DNA of 64,000 nt, taken from contig CAVVCZ010000004.1 in the NCBI GenBank assembly GCA_963746845.1, forward strand, positions 896,001 through 960,000. Reading direction: 5' to 3'. Made by a program: the position numbers and the translations under genes. Positions 51,402 to 62,991 of this stretch are shown here, piece by piece. Origin of the DNA: an uncultured Chloroflexia bacterium. GTDB lineage: Bacteria > Chloroflexota > Limnocylindria > Limnocylindrales > CSP1-4. The notes below the pieces were generated by a model, which was not told where the DNA came from, made no database searches, and saw only the letters and a program-made list of their open reading frames with translations. How positions within the stretch are numbered: the stretch's first letter is position 1; each line of letters begins with the position of its first letter.

Positions 51402-52098
51402 CGACGACGACCCGGGCCCGGACCCGACGCAGCCGATCGGCCGTCCGATCCGGATCGTCGTCGCCGACGACCACCCGGTCTACCGCGACGGCCTGCGCGC
51501 GCTCGCCGCCCGTTCGCCGGGCCTCGAGCTCGTCGGCGAGGCGGCGGACGGGCTGGCGGCGGTGGAGGTCGTCCGCGCGACGGCGCCCCAGGTCGTCCTC
51601 ATGGACCTGCGGATGCCGGGGATCAGCGGGATCGAGGCGACCCGCGAGATCCTGAAGCACCTGCCGGAGACGCGGATCCTGATCCTCACGATGTCCGAGG
51701 ACGACGAGTCGCTCTTCGGGGCGATGCGGGCCGGGGCCCGGGGCTACCTCCCGAAGGACGCCGACAGCGACGATCTCCTGCGGGCGATCGAGGCGGCGGC
51801 GGTCGGCGAGGTGATCTTCGGAGAATCGATCGCGACGCGGCTCCAGGCGTTCTTCGCGGCGCCGCGGAACCGGGCGACCGAGCCGTTCCCGGAGCTGACC
51901 GCCCGCGAGGACGAGGTGCTGGAGCTGATCGCGCAGGGCCGGTCGAACGCCGAGATCGGCGCCCGGCTCGGGATCAGCGACAAGACGGTCCGCAACCACG
52001 TGGCCAGCGTCTTCAACAAGCTCCGCGTCGCCGATCGGGCGGGGGCGATCGTCCGTGCCCGCGAGGCCGGGCTCGGCCGGGAGACCGACGCCGACTGA
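51398..52098 (+). CDS. NarL/LuxR family response regulator (frameshift near start)
   Basis: IVVADDHP, LMDLRMP, GYLPKD, LTAREDEVL...SNAEIG...TVRNHV. Confidence 0.92.
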
Positions 52099-52249
52099 GG
52101 CCGCCGCCCCGGTTCGCCGGATCGGCTGCCGCTCCGCCGCCCGATCCGTTGCCCGGTCATCCGGGACACGAGCCCGATGTGCCCGGGACAACGGGCGACC
52201 GATACCTGCCCCAGGTCGCCGTCGAGCGGCCACTCGAGGGGCACGTTCG

Positions 52250-52780
52250 ATGCAGACGCAGGACACCGGGACCCGTCACGAGACCGCCGATCAGCTGGTG
52301 GCCGAGTGGTACGCCACCGAGGCGGCCGCCGTCCAGCGCTACGTCCAGTCGCTCGTCCGCGACCCGGACGAGGCCGCGGACATCTGCCAGGAGGCGTTCG
52401 TCCGGCTGATCGTCGCCGCGCGGGCCGGTCAGATGCCGGACGCACCGGGAGCGTGGATGCGGCGCGTCGCCCACAACCTCGTCGTCAGCGCCGCGCGCCG
52501 ACGGACCGTGAGCGAGCGGGCCCTCGAGCGCCTCGCCGACCGCGACATCATCCCGGCGACCGAGGACGCGATCCTGCGCCGGGAGCGGGATCGGCAGGTC
52601 GTCGACGCGCTCGCGGGCGCATCGAACGACGACCGGACCGCGATGCTGCTCGCGGCCCAGGGCTACCGGGCGCGCGAGATCGGGGATCGGCTCGGGCGGA
52701 CGGAGCTGGCGACGCGCGCCCTCCTGTGTCGGGCCCGTGGACGTCTCCGGGAGCGCCTCGTCTCCTTCGACGCGGCCTGA
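52250..52780 (+). CDS. ECF (sigma-70 group 4) sigma factor
   Basis: AADICQEAFVRL, AWMRRVAHN region 2; GYRAREIG...RARGRLR region 4. Confidence 0.85.
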   Translation: MQTQDTGTRHETADQLVAEWYATEAAAVQRYVQSLVRDPDEAADICQEAFVRLIVAARAGQMPDAPGAWMRRVAHNLVVSAARRRTVSERALERLADRDIIPATEDAILRRERDRQVVDALAGASNDDRTAMLLAAQGYRAREIGDRLGRTELATRALLCRARGRLRERLVSFDAA

Positions 52781-52802
52781 CGCGGCCCCGGGCCGCCGGC
52801 GG

Positions 52803-53111
52803 TCAGAGCAGGACGGTCGCGTTCGTCCAGGCGCCGAACAGGCCGGCGACGATCGCGAACGCCGCCACGACGCCCGCGAGGCGCGTGTGGGACGACGGAC
52901 GATCCGACCTGGCGAGGACGGCGATGACCGCCACGACGAGGCTGAGGCCCGCCAGCTTCATGACGGCCACGAACGGGACGCCGAGCTGGGTCAGGATCTG
53001 GGCAACGAGCGGGTTGGCCTCGGCGACGGGCCCGTGCATCGCGACCATCCGGACGAACGTCCCGAGGTCCAGCATCTGGGCGGCCGTGGCGGTCACGACG
53101 GCGAGCACCAT
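52803..53111 (-). CDS. Small membrane protein (DUF5658-like)
   Basis: D..T......G..EANP motif, three TMs; start uncertain. Confidence 0.6.
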   Translation of the reverse strand: MVLAVVTATAAQMLDLGTFVRMVAMHGPVAEANPLVAQILTQLGVPFVAVMKLAGLSLVVAVIAVLARSDRPSSHTRLAGVVAAFAIVAGLFGAWTNATVLL

Positions 53112-53375
53112 CGCGGTGTTCGGGCGCGGATCGTCGTGGAGACATCTTCGTCGGACTCGCGTGCGACGTACCGGATCGACGATGCCATCGGACCCTCTGA
53201 CCTGCACGAGCGGCGGTCGACGGGCCCCTGCCCGCGCCTACCGAGACGGCGCGCCCTGTGGGGTCAGTATCGGTCCGGAGAGGAATGGGGCAATACGGTG
53301 CGCCCCCATTCGGTGCGGGTCGGCACCACGAACTGCGGCGCGCGTCGGCGCGCCGCAGGGATCAGCGTCGCGTCC

Positions 53376-53916
53376 TCACGAGCAGATGAGCCACTTCCCG
53401 CCCTCGTTGACGACCTGGACGTCCTGATCGAGCGGCGTGCTCTTGGACATCGAGCTGGCCATCATGTTCATGGCGGAATCGAGGGTCGCGTCGTCGACGG
53501 GCGCGCCGTTGGCGGCCATCATCTGCCTTGAGGATCGGCTTGAACTTCGCCGGGTCGACGGTGACCGTCATGTTCCCGGTGACATGGACCGTCGCCTTCG
53601 TGTCGGCGCGGCTCGTCTCCTTCGTCGTCACGTTGTCGAACTTCACGCTCATCGCGCTCATGACGTCGTCCAGCTTCACGCCGGCCTGGGTGAGCGCGTC
53701 GACGCCATCGGCACCGCCGAAGGCCTCCGCGATCTTGCCCTTCTGCGCCGCGCACGCGAAGTCGTCGAGCTTCGTCAGCCCGCCCGATGCGGCCGCATCG
53801 AAGGCGGCCTTGACCGAGGCGGCGGGATCGGATGACGGGCCGCCGGCGCCGCCGCACGCGGCGAACACCATGACGATGACGGCCAGGAGCGCGAGACGCA
53901 CGCGGGCTGCGGACAT
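53376..53916 (-). CDS. Lipoprotein of unknown function (frameshift ~53525)
   Basis: Lipobox FAAC; shifted frame ends VVNEGGKWLICS, NTF2-like pattern; GGAGG SD. Confidence 0.7.
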
Positions 53917-54010
53917 CGGTGTGGACCTCCCCTTCCTCTCCGAACGCTTGGGCTGTCGCCCAGTCTAGACCGGTGGGGGGGCCGAAACCGGACCGTCCGG
54001 CCGGCCGGGC

Positions 54011-56386
54011 TCAGCGCCGGCGGGCGGGTCGGGATCCGGTGCGCCGGCGGACGTTCGGGGTCACCGACCGATCCCAGGTCGGGCGGTCGCGCCATGCCGC
54101 GCCGCGGCCCTCGTCCTCGTGCTCGTCGCGGATCCCCGGCAGCCAGTCGCTCGCGGTGTTCAGGTCCGTGGATCCGTCCTCGTCGCCGTGCGGGTCGGCG
54201 TCCAGCGTGTCCGACGGCTCCTCCTCCGCCGGCAGGACGGTCACGCTCGTGACCTCGAACGCCGGCAGCTCCGCCCGTGCCTCACCCGCACGCGCGGTCC
54301 GCTTGCGATCCGCCGCCCCCACCAGACCCGTGCCCCGGCCCGACGCCGCCCGCTCGGCGGCCCGGCCCACGACGAGCGACTCGTCCTGCTCGAGGACCCG
54401 CAGGCGGATCGCCTGGACTTCGTCGCGGAGCGCCGCCGCCCGCTCGAAGTCCAGCTCGCGGGCCGCCGAGCGCATCTCGGTCTCCATCCGCGCCACGAGC
54501 TTCTCGATCGCCGCGGTGTTCTCGAGGGTCAGGGCCCGGCCGGCGAGCTCCTGGCGCTCGGAGGTGTAGACGACCGTGGACTGGGCGACGTACCGCAGTC
54601 GCTCGTTGAGGTCGTGGATCTCCTTGACGATCGTCGTCGGCTCGATCCCGTTCTTCTGGTTGTAGGCCTCCTGGATCCCGCGTCGCCGGTTTGTCTCGTC
54701 GATCGCCGCCGCCATCGACTCCGTCGTCGTGTCGGCGTACATCACGACCTTGCCGCCGATGTTCCGGGCCGCCCGGCCGATCATCTGGATGAGCGACCAC
54801 GAGCTGCGGAGGAAGCCTTCCTTGTCCGCGTCGAGGATCGCGACGAGCGTCACCTCCGGCAGGTCGATCCCCTCGCGCAGGAGGTTGATCCCGACGAGGA
54901 CATCGAAGACGCCGAGCCGGAGGTCGCGCAGGATCGCGACCCGCTCGAGCGTGTCGACCTCGCTGTGGAGGTACTGGACCTTGACCCCGAGCTCCTTGAG
55001 GTAGTCGGCGAGGTCCTCGGCCATCTTCTTCGTCAGCGTCGTCACGAGGGCACGCTCGCCGCGCTCCGTCAGCTGGCGGATCTCCTCCATGAGGTCGTCG
55101 ATCTGGCCGTCCGTCGGGCGAACCTCGATCGACGGGTCGACGACGCCGGTCGGCCGGATCAGCTGCTCGACGACCTGCTGGCTCCGCTCGTGCTCGTACG
55201 GACCGGGCGTCGCGGACATGTGGACGACCTGGTTCAGGTGGCCCTCGAACTCGTCGAAGGTCAGCGGCCGGTTGTCGAGCGCCGACGGCAGCCGGAACCC
55301 GAAGTCGACGAGGATCTCCTTGCGCGTCCGGTCGTTCTTGTACATGCCGACGACCTGGGGGATCGTCATGTGCGATTCGTCGACGACGAGCAGCCAGTCC
55401 GGCGGGAAGTAGTCCAGGAGGGTCCACGGCCGGGACCCCGCCTCCCGCCGCGACAGATGGCGCGAGTAGTTCTCGATGCCGGTGCAGAAGCCGAGCTCGC
55501 GCATCATCTCGAGGTCGAACGTCGTCCGCTGGCGGAGCCGGGCGCCCTCGAGGACGCGGCCCTCGGCCTCCAGCTGGCCGACCCGCTCCTCCATCTCCGC
55601 GTCGATGTCGACGATCGCCTCCTTCATCTTCTCGGCGGGCGTCACGTAGTGGCTGGCGGGGTAGACGTTGACCTCTCGCCGCTCGGCCAGGAGCTCGCCG
55701 GTCAGCGGGTCGACCTCGGTGATCCGCTCCACCTCGTCGCCGAAGAACTCGACCCGGACGAGGGTCTCCTCCGACGCCGGCTGGAACTCGAGGGTGTCGC
55801 CGCGGACGCGGAAGCGGGCCCGCTGGAGCGCCTGGTCGTTGCGCTGGTACTGGAGGTCGACCAGCTGCCGGAGGACCGTGTCCCGCCGGTAGGAGCCGCC
55901 CTGGCGGAGGCGCAGGACCGTTGCCCCGTAGTCGACGGGTGCCCCGAGGCCGTAGATGCACGAGACCGAGGCGACGATGATCACGTCGCGCCGCTCGAAC
56001 AGGGCATGGGTCGCCGCGTGACGGAGCCGATCGATCTCGTCGTTGCGGGACGAGTCCTTCTCGATGTACGTGTCGCTCCGCGGCAGGTATGCCTCCGGCT
56101 GGTAGTAGTCGAAGTAGCTCACGAAGTACTCGACCGCGTTGTCCGGGAAGAACTCGCGGAACTCCGAGTAGAGCTGGGCCGCCAGCGTCTTGTTGTGCGC
56201 GAGCACCAGCGTCGGCTTGCCGTGGGCCTCGATCGTCCGGGCGATCGTGAACGTCTTGCCGGTGCCGGTCGCACCGAGCAGCGTCTGGTGCTTCAGGCCC
56301 TTCGCGAGCCCGTCCACGAGGCGATCGATCGCCTGCGGCTGATCGCCGGTCGGTTCGAACGGGGCGACGAGGCGGAAATCGGGCAC
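54011..56386 (-). CDS. uvrB: Excinuclease ABC subunit B with long C-terminal tail
   Basis: [41 protein letters not shown] domain. Confidence 0.98.
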   Translation of the reverse strand: MPDFRLVAPFEPTGDQPQAIDRLVDGLAKGLKHQTLLGATGTGKTFTIARTIEAHGKPTLVLAHNKTLAAQLYSEFREFFPDNAVEYFVSYFDYYQPEAYLPRSDTYIEKDSSRNDEIDRLRHAATHALFERRDVIIVASVSCIYGLGAPVDYGATVLRLRQGGSYRRDTVLRQLVDLQYQRNDQALQRARFRVRGDTLEFQPASEETLVRVEFFGDEVERITEVDPLTGELLAERREVNVYPASHYVTPAEKMKEAIVDIDAEMEERVGQLEAEGRVLEGARLRQRTTFDLEMMRELGFCTGIENYSRHLSRREAGSRPWTLLDYFPPDWLLVVDESHMTIPQVVGMYKNDRTRKEILVDFGFRLPSALDNRPLTFDEFEGHLNQVVHMSATPGPYEHERSQQVVEQLIRPTGVVDPSIEVRPTDGQIDDLMEEIRQLTERGERALVTTLTKKMAEDLADYLKELGVKVQYLHSEVDTLERVAILRDLRLGVFDVLVGINLLREGIDLPEVTLVAILDADKEGFLRSSWSLIQMIGRAARNIGGKVVMYADTTTESMAAAIDETNRRRGIQEAYNQKNGIEPTTIVKEIHDLNERLRYVAQSTVVYTSERQELAGRALTLENTAAIEKLVARMETEMRSAARELDFERAAALRDEVQAIRLRVLEQDESLVVGRAAERAASGRGTGLVGAADRKRTARAGEARAELPAFEVTSVTVLPAEEEPSDTLDADPHGDEDGSTDLNTASDWLPGIRDEHEDEGRGAAWRDRPTWDRSVTPNVRRRTGSRPARRR

Positions 56387-56418
56387 GAACCCACGATACA
56401 CCGGCCGGCGGAATGACG

Positions 56419-56432
56419 CGAACATGCGTTCG
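56419..56432. promoter_or_regulatory. LexA (SOS) box upstream of uvrB
   Basis: CGAAC-ATGC-GTTCG, perfect Gram-positive/Chloroflexota-type box over the -35 region. Confidence 0.88.
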
Positions 56433-56519
56433 GTACGGGTGCCGGCGAGCGGGCACCACCGTTGGTACGAACGCACGCGAACGGCATGACTAACGTGGGG
56501 CTGGTGGCACCACGAAGCG

Positions 56520-57134
56520 ATGCGATGCTCCGGCGAGCGGCGCCCCCATGTCCTGGCGTTCCGCGGTTTCGGCGAGGCGAGATTGCAGCGCAACCGGCAG
56601 GTCGCGAGGGACGGAGAGGCCGGTCAGACGCTGGTCGAGTTCTCGCTCGTCTTCACCTTGTTCATCACGCTGATGATGGCCGTCATCGAGTTCGGCGTGC
56701 TCTACAACAACATCCTCACCGTCCAGTTCGCGTCACGCCAGGGGGTGAGCGTCGCCGCGGAGATGGGTGGTGAGGACGGCGCCGACTGCGCGATCCTCAA
56801 GGCGGTCGAGGACGCCCTCCAGACGCCGGTGAACCACAGCGCCATCTCGGCCGTCGAGATCTACCAGTCCGACGCGAACGGCGACAAGATCGCCGGCAAG
56901 GTCAATCGGTACACCCGGACCGGAACGCTCGATTGCCCCGGCACCGCGACCGAGCCGTACACGCTCGTCGGATCCGAGGGCTATCCGGAGGTGGATCGTG
57001 GCGACGTGCTCACCGACCTCGACATGGTGGGCGTCCACATCGACTACACGTACTACGGGATCACGCCGTTCGCGGCGGGCCGGTCCTGGGCCGTGAGCGA
57101 CGGCGCGACGCTGCGCATGGAGCCGAAGCAATGA
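56520..57134 (+). CDS. TadE-like pseudopilin (start uncertain)
   Basis: [10 protein letters not shown] prepilin site, hydrophobic helix, ASRQG. Confidence 0.85.
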   Translation: MRCSGERRPHVLAFRGFGEARLQRNRQVARDGEAGQTLVEFSLVFTLFITLMMAVIEFGVLYNNILTVQFASRQGVSVAAEMGGEDGADCAILKAVEDALQTPVNHSAISAVEIYQSDANGDKIAGKVNRYTRTGTLDCPGTATEPYTLVGSEGYPEVDRGDVLTDLDMVGVHIDYTYYGITPFAAGRSWAVSDGATLRMEPKQ

Positions 57135-57703
57135 GCCGACGCCGGCCGATCCACCACCCATCGTCGCGCCGGGACCGACAGGGCGCCCAGGCGCTCGTCG
57201 AGTTCGCGCTCCTCCTCCCCGTGTTCCTCCTCGTTCTCATGGGCGCCATCGAGTTCGGCTCGGCCATCGACCACCGCACGGCGATGGCCTATGCGGTGCG
57301 CGAGGGCGCACGGGTCGGGGCATCGCTCGGCAGCGGGGGCACCACCCCGTCGGCGGTCGATCCGGCGATCGTCGCGGCCGTTCAGCGCGGACTGACCGAC
57401 CCGATCCTCATGGAGAACATCACCTCGATCCAGATCTTCAAGGCCAACTCGAGCGGCCAGCCGACCTCGACCTACGTGAACACCTACGACCGGAACGGCG
57501 TCCTCCAGGGGACGGCCGGCTGGCCGGCGTCGACCCGCATCTCGGGTGTCAGTGCCGACTCGATCGGCGTCCGGGTCCGCTACGACTTCCATCCGAACAC
57601 CCCACTGGCCACGTTGATCGGCCTGTTCGGCGGCGGCCCCGCCCCGTACACGACCCTGCCGATGACCGACACCTCGGTCATGCGCCTCGAACCGACGCCA
57701 TGA
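57131..57703 (+). CDS. TadE-like pseudopilin
   Basis: AQALVEFALLLPVF, AVREGAR. Confidence 0.88.
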   Translation: MSRRRPIHHPSSRRDRQGAQALVEFALLLPVFLLVLMGAIEFGSAIDHRTAMAYAVREGARVGASLGSGGTTPSAVDPAIVAAVQRGLTDPILMENITSIQIFKANSSGQPTSTYVNTYDRNGVLQGTAGWPASTRISGVSADSIGVRVRYDFHPNTPLATLIGLFGGGPAPYTTLPMTDTSVMRLEPTP

Positions 57704-59249
57704 CCGGCGTGCTCGAGAGGCTCCGTGGCCGCAGTCGGCGCGCCCGCGGCCAGGTCATCGTCATGTTCGTGCGGAGCGCTCGTCCTGCTCTTCGCCGTGC
57801 TGGCGCTCGTCATCGACGTCGGCAACTTCTGGAACGCCTCCATTCACACCCAGCTCGCCGCCGAGGCCGCGGCCCTGGCGGGTGTGCCGTACATGCCGGG
57901 CGATTACGCAACGGCCTCGTCGATGGCGACCGCCGAAGCCTCGAAGAACGGCTACTCGACGACGACCGGTGCCACGGTCACGCCCGCGATCAACGCCGAG
58001 TCCGACCGGCGGATCGACGTGACGATCTCCTCGAACGTGAACACCTACTTCCTCGGCATCCTCGGGGTGCGCACCGTCCGGATCACGCGGACGGCGACCG
58101 CCGAGTACACGCTGCCGGTGCCGATGGGCAGCCCGCTCAGCAACTTCGGCGACAACTCGGGCAAGTTCTGGACGGTCATCGCGGCGCAGGGCTCCGATCG
58201 CGGCAACGGCGACGCCTACGCGTCGTACTACAACCCGAACCCGACCCTGAACACCCAGTACGACGCCAACGGCTACAACTACGCGATCGACGTGCCGGCA
58301 GGGGCAGGGTCGACGAGCGTCGACCTCTACGACGCGACGTTCTGTGCCGTCGACCCGACGAAGGGCACCGGCGACCGATGGCTCCCGTACAACCAATCGG
58401 GGTGGCCGTCCGTGTCGACGTACTTCACGCTCTGGTCGGATCCCGCCGCGACCCCGCTCGACTACAGCGACGACGTGGTCGTCGCGGCCACGGGCACGCG
58501 GTTCGAGCACGAGCGGCAATCGGATCGGAGCGCCGCCTATCGCGAGACGTCGGCGAGCTATCCCAGCAGCGCGTTCTTCTCGCTGACCGACTGCACCTCG
58601 AGCATCTACCACAACGCCTGGTGGACTCTCGCGAACGCTGACCTCGCCCGGGACGTACCGGCTGCAGGTCACGACGACGATGGCCTCCAACCCGAACGAC
58701 CAGAAGGGGACGAGCGCCTCGAACAAGTTCGGCGTCCGGGCGATCTCGACCGACCCGACCCACCGGGCGAGCGTCTACGGCCTCGGCCGGATGGCGATCT
58801 ACGCCAACATCTCGAACGGCACGACGAACTTCTATCTCGCACGGATCGACGCGGTCCACGCCGGCAAGACGATGGTCGTCTCGCTGTTCGACCCGGGCGA
58901 CGCCAGCGGCACGGCCTCGATCCAGGTGATGAAGCCCACGACGACGGGGTACACGGCCGCGACGTTCAGCTACACGGCGGACAGCAACGCGTCGTCGTGC
59001 TGTCGGAGCGGCACGAACGTCACGAGCCTGACGACCGTCCAGAGCGGCACCAGCCGGTACAACAACTCGTGGGTGACGCTGACGATCCCCCTGCCGAAGA
59101 CGTACACCGCGCCCCTGCCCCCGGGCGAGCCCGCCGGCACGCTCGGCGGCTGGTGGAAGATCGCCTACACCTACGACAGCGTCGCGACCGACTCGACCAC
59201 CTGGCAGGTCTCGATCCGCGGCAACCCCGTCCACCTCGTCCAGACCTGA
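57700..59249 (+). CDS. TadG-like pilus tip protein (frameshifts ~57770, ~58640)
   Basis: RGQVIVMF, LVIDVG, QLAAEAAALAG, large S/T/N-rich domain ending GNPVHLV. Confidence 0.78.
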
Positions 59250-59419
59250 CCGGGCGCACCCGAGCGTCGCGCCGCCGTTGGTACTTTCGACCGATTGGTG
59301 ACGCGGGTGGTGCGTCCTGACAATCTCCTCGATCGAATCCGACCGGAATCCCCGTCCGCCAACGCCCCATTCGTCCCCGTTCTGCCGCTCGGCGGCCCCC
59401 CACCTGGAAGGTCCAACCC

Positions 59420-60289
59420 ATGGAATTCGAGTACCGGGATCCCTCGCGCTTCCGCGGAAAGGCGATCATCGCCATCGGCCTCGTCGCCGCTCTCGCAGCG
59501 GGTGGACTGGCGTTCTACGCCGTCTACCAGGCCCGGCAGGACGCCCAGGTCGCGGGGACCGCGTTGGTCCCGGTCGTCGTCGCCGCGCAGCCGATCGGCG
59601 CCCGCAAGGCGATCGAGGCGGGCGACGTCGCGCTCCGTGAGGTCCCCGCGGACCCGACCAACGACCAGGGCGTGTTCACGGACCCGGCCAAGGTCGTCGG
59701 GCTGATGGCGACCGTGCCGATCCTCGTCGGCCAGCCCGTGTACGCGAACATGCTCGTGAGCGCCGAGACCGGCGAGGGTCTGGCGATCCTCGACCCCGGC
59801 GAGACGGTCGGACCGGATTCCGAGGCCTGGCGCGCCGTGTCGCTGACCGTGCCCGACGATCGGGCGGTCGGCGGGATGATCCAGGCCGGCGACATCGTCG
59901 ACGTGTTCGTCACGACGCCCGTCACGGTCCCGGTCGACATGACCGCGGCCGGCAAGTACATGTCCGACAAGTCGACCAAGGTCACGTACCAGAACGTGAA
60001 GATCCTCGAGCGCTCGACCAACTACTACGTCGTGCGCGTGTCGCTCCAGGTGGCCGAGGAGATCAGCCACTTCCAGGCCGCAGGCTCGGGCTCGTTCAGC
60101 TTCGCCCTGCGCCCCAACGAGGACACCCGCTTCGCCGACGCAACGAAGCTCGGTGAGACGACCAACGTCCTGATCAAGCGCTACGGGCTGCCGATCCCCG
60201 AGGTCTACCCGGGGAGCGGACCGGTCACCGTGACGGCCACGCCGTCGCCGACGCCGGTGATCGAGCCCGGACCCTCGGCCGCTCCGTAG
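59420..60289 (+). CDS. cpaB: Flp pilus assembly protein CpaB/RcpC
   Basis: N-terminal TM, SAF domain VVVAAQPI, RAVSL...VGGMIQAGDIVDV, QNVKIL. Confidence 0.85.
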   Translation: MEFEYRDPSRFRGKAIIAIGLVAALAAGGLAFYAVYQARQDAQVAGTALVPVVVAAQPIGARKAIEAGDVALREVPADPTNDQGVFTDPAKVVGLMATVPILVGQPVYANMLVSAETGEGLAILDPGETVGPDSEAWRAVSLTVPDDRAVGGMIQAGDIVDVFVTTPVTVPVDMTAAGKYMSDKSTKVTYQNVKILERSTNYYVVRVSLQVAEEISHFQAAGSGSFSFALRPNEDTRFADATKLGETTNVLIKRYGLPIPEVYPGSGPVTVTATPSPTPVIEPGPSAAP

Positions 60290-60310
60290 TCCCGGGCGGC
60301 GGCGAGCCGC

Positions 60311-60959
60311 TCAGTCGCGGGTCAGCGCCCGGTCCCAGGCCGCGGCGACCCGCGCGCGGGCATCGGCCGGCGGGCCGGACGTGTCGATGACGCGCGTGGC
60401 CACCGGCCGGAGCCGCTCGACCATCCCGGCCTGACCGGCGATCCGCTGGTCCGCGTCGTCGGGCGCGAGCCCGCGGTCGATCACCCGCTCGCGCTGGACC
60501 GTGCCGGCGCACGTCACGAGCCAGACCTCGTCGCAGATCCGGGCGAGCCCGCCCTCGACGAGCTTGATCGCCTCGATGACGACGGCCGGGGCGCCCGCCG
60601 CCTCGGACTCGGCGATCAGCTCGAGGATCCGCGGGCGGACGATCGGATGGACGATCGCCTCGAGCTGGGCGAGATAGACCGGATCGCGGAAGACGACGCG
60701 GGCCAGGGCCGCCCGATCCAGCGTCGCGTCCGTCGCCCGGACCCCGTCGCCGAACAGGCTCAGGATCGCGTCGTGGGCCGGCTGGCCCGGCGCGGTCAGC
60801 TCCCGCGCCACGACGTCGGCGTCGATCACGACGGCGCCCCGCTCGGCGAGCCAGCCGGCGACCGTCGTCTTGCCGCAGCCGATCGGCCCGGTCAGGCCGA
60901 TCCGGACGGTCCGGGGCAGGTCCGTGGCCCGGGGCCTCGCCCGTCTCGGGGTCCGTCAT
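60311..60959 (-). CDS. coaE: Dephospho-CoA kinase (frameshift near ~60920)
   Basis: IGLTGPIGCGKTTV, IDAD, LDRAALARVVF, LEAIVHP. Confidence 0.92.
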
Positions 60960-62988
60960 GGGGCCCGCTCCTCGAGCTCCAGCCACGCGTCCTCGGCCGC
61001 CGCGAGCGCCCCCTCGACGTCGGCGAGCTCGCTCGCGACGCGTCGCATCTCGACGAAGTTCGTCGCGATCGCCGGCGAGCCCATCGACAGCTCCAGCTGC
61101 GTCTTCCGCAGGCCGAGCCGGGTCAGCTCGGCATCGACCGCGGCCCGCTGGCGGCGGTAGGCGTCCTTCGACAGCTTCTCGCGCGTCCTGCCGCCGCGGG
61201 CCGCCGGCCGTGCGACGGCACCGTTGGTCGAGGCCGCGACCGGTGTCGCCGCGCGCCTCGCGCTCCGCGGTGCCGGTCGCGATGCGGGCGCCTGCCGCCG
61301 TCGCGCCTCCCGCTCGGCGGCGTCGCCGACGTTCCAGCCGTCGGCCACGGCGGCGCGCCACTCCTTCCATCCGCCCGCGAACGGGACCGCCAGCCCATCG
61401 TCGACGACCCACAGCGTCGAGCAGACGGTCTCGAGCAGACGCCGGTCGTGGGACACGACGAGCAGCGTGGCGGGCGATTCGACCATGAACGTCTCGATCG
61501 CCTCGCGCGCCGGGATGTCGAGGTGGTTCGTGGGCTCGTCCAGGAGCAGCAGGTTCGACGGCATGATGCCGAGCAGCGCCAGCTCCAGCCGGGACCGCTC
61601 GCCGCCGGACAGCGAGCGGACCTCCTTGAAGACGTCGTCGCCGCGGAACAGGAAGCGGGCGAGGAACGAGCGCGCCTCCCCGGGCGTGACCGGGATCGCC
61701 TCGAGGAGCGCGTCGAGCACGGTCGTGCCCGGGATCGCGGCGCCGCGGAGCTGGGCGAGGTAGCCGGGCTGGACGGCGTGGCCGAACGAGAGGGCTCCGT
61801 CGAGCGGCGGCAGGTCGCCCGCGATCGTCCGGAGGAGCGTCGTCTTGCCCGCCCCGTTCGGCCCGACGATGCCGATCCGGTCGCCGCGCTGGGCGGCGAG
61901 GAACGGCGCGCGTGGCGACGCGCTTCGGTTCGGACGCGGGCCGGCCGTCCGCGTCGAGCGCGCCGCGCCCCGGCAGGTAGCCGACGACGAGCCCCTCCGC
62001 CCGGACGACGATCTCGCCGGATCGCGTGGCGCCGCCGCCCGCCAGCGCCCCCGCCGGCAGCCGCAGCTTCCGGCTCGTCTTCGGCGCCTCGACCCGCTCC
62101 GCCTGGAGCCGCTCGAGCCGGGCCTCGTGCTCGTGCATCTTGCTGAACTTCCGGTGCGACCGGTAGCGCTGGACGAGCTCCTTCTCGCGCTCGATCGACT
62201 CCGCCTGGGTGTCGGCGTCCTTCGCGGCCCGGACGTCCCGCTCGACCCGCTGACGGTGGTACGCGCTGTAGTCGCCGCGGAAGGCGGTCAGCCGCCGGTC
62301 GCGCAGCTCCCAGACCCGCGTGACGGTCGCATCGAGGAACGCCCGGTCATGCGAGGCGACGAGGAGCGCGCCGTGGCGGCGCCGGAGGTGCTCCTCCAGC
62401 CACTCGATCGCGCTGATGTCGAGATGGTTCGTCGGCTCGTCGAGGAGGAGCAGGTCCGGCTGGGCGATCACGAGCCGGGCGAGCGTCGCGCGGGTCTGCT
62501 CGCCGCCGGACAGCGCCGTCGGCGGCCGCGCCCACTCGTCGCGGGTGAAGCCGAGCCCGGACAGGGCCTCGTCGACCCGCTGGTCCAGGGTGTAGCCGCC
62601 GAGGATGTCGAACTGGTGCTGGAGGTCGGCGTAGACGGGATCCTCGACCCGGCCGGCGGCCTCGAGCTCCGCGAGTTGCGCCGCCATCTCCTCGAGGTGC
62701 GCCGCCCCGTGGCGGACGGCCGCCCGGAGGTCCGGCGCCGCCATGAACGCGGCGTCGAAGTGCGACTCCTGGGCGAGCAGCCCGATCGACAGCCCGCGCT
62801 TGCGATGGACGGCGCCGCCGTCGGGCTCGTCCCGGCCGGCGGCGATCCGGAGCATCGTCGTCTTGCCCGCGCCGTTCGGCCCGACGAGCCCGATCCGGTC
62901 GTCGACCGCGACCGCGGCCGTGATGTCGTCGAGGATCACGAACGTCCCGACCTCGCGCCGGACGCCGCTCGAGCCGGAGGATCGACAC
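60956..62988 (-). CDS. ABC-F family ATPase (frameshifts ~62965, ~61910)
   Basis: Two ABC domains GPNGAGKTT/LSGGE/LDEPTNHLD, no TMs, C-terminal coiled coil. Confidence 0.9.
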
Positions 62989-62991
62989 GGC

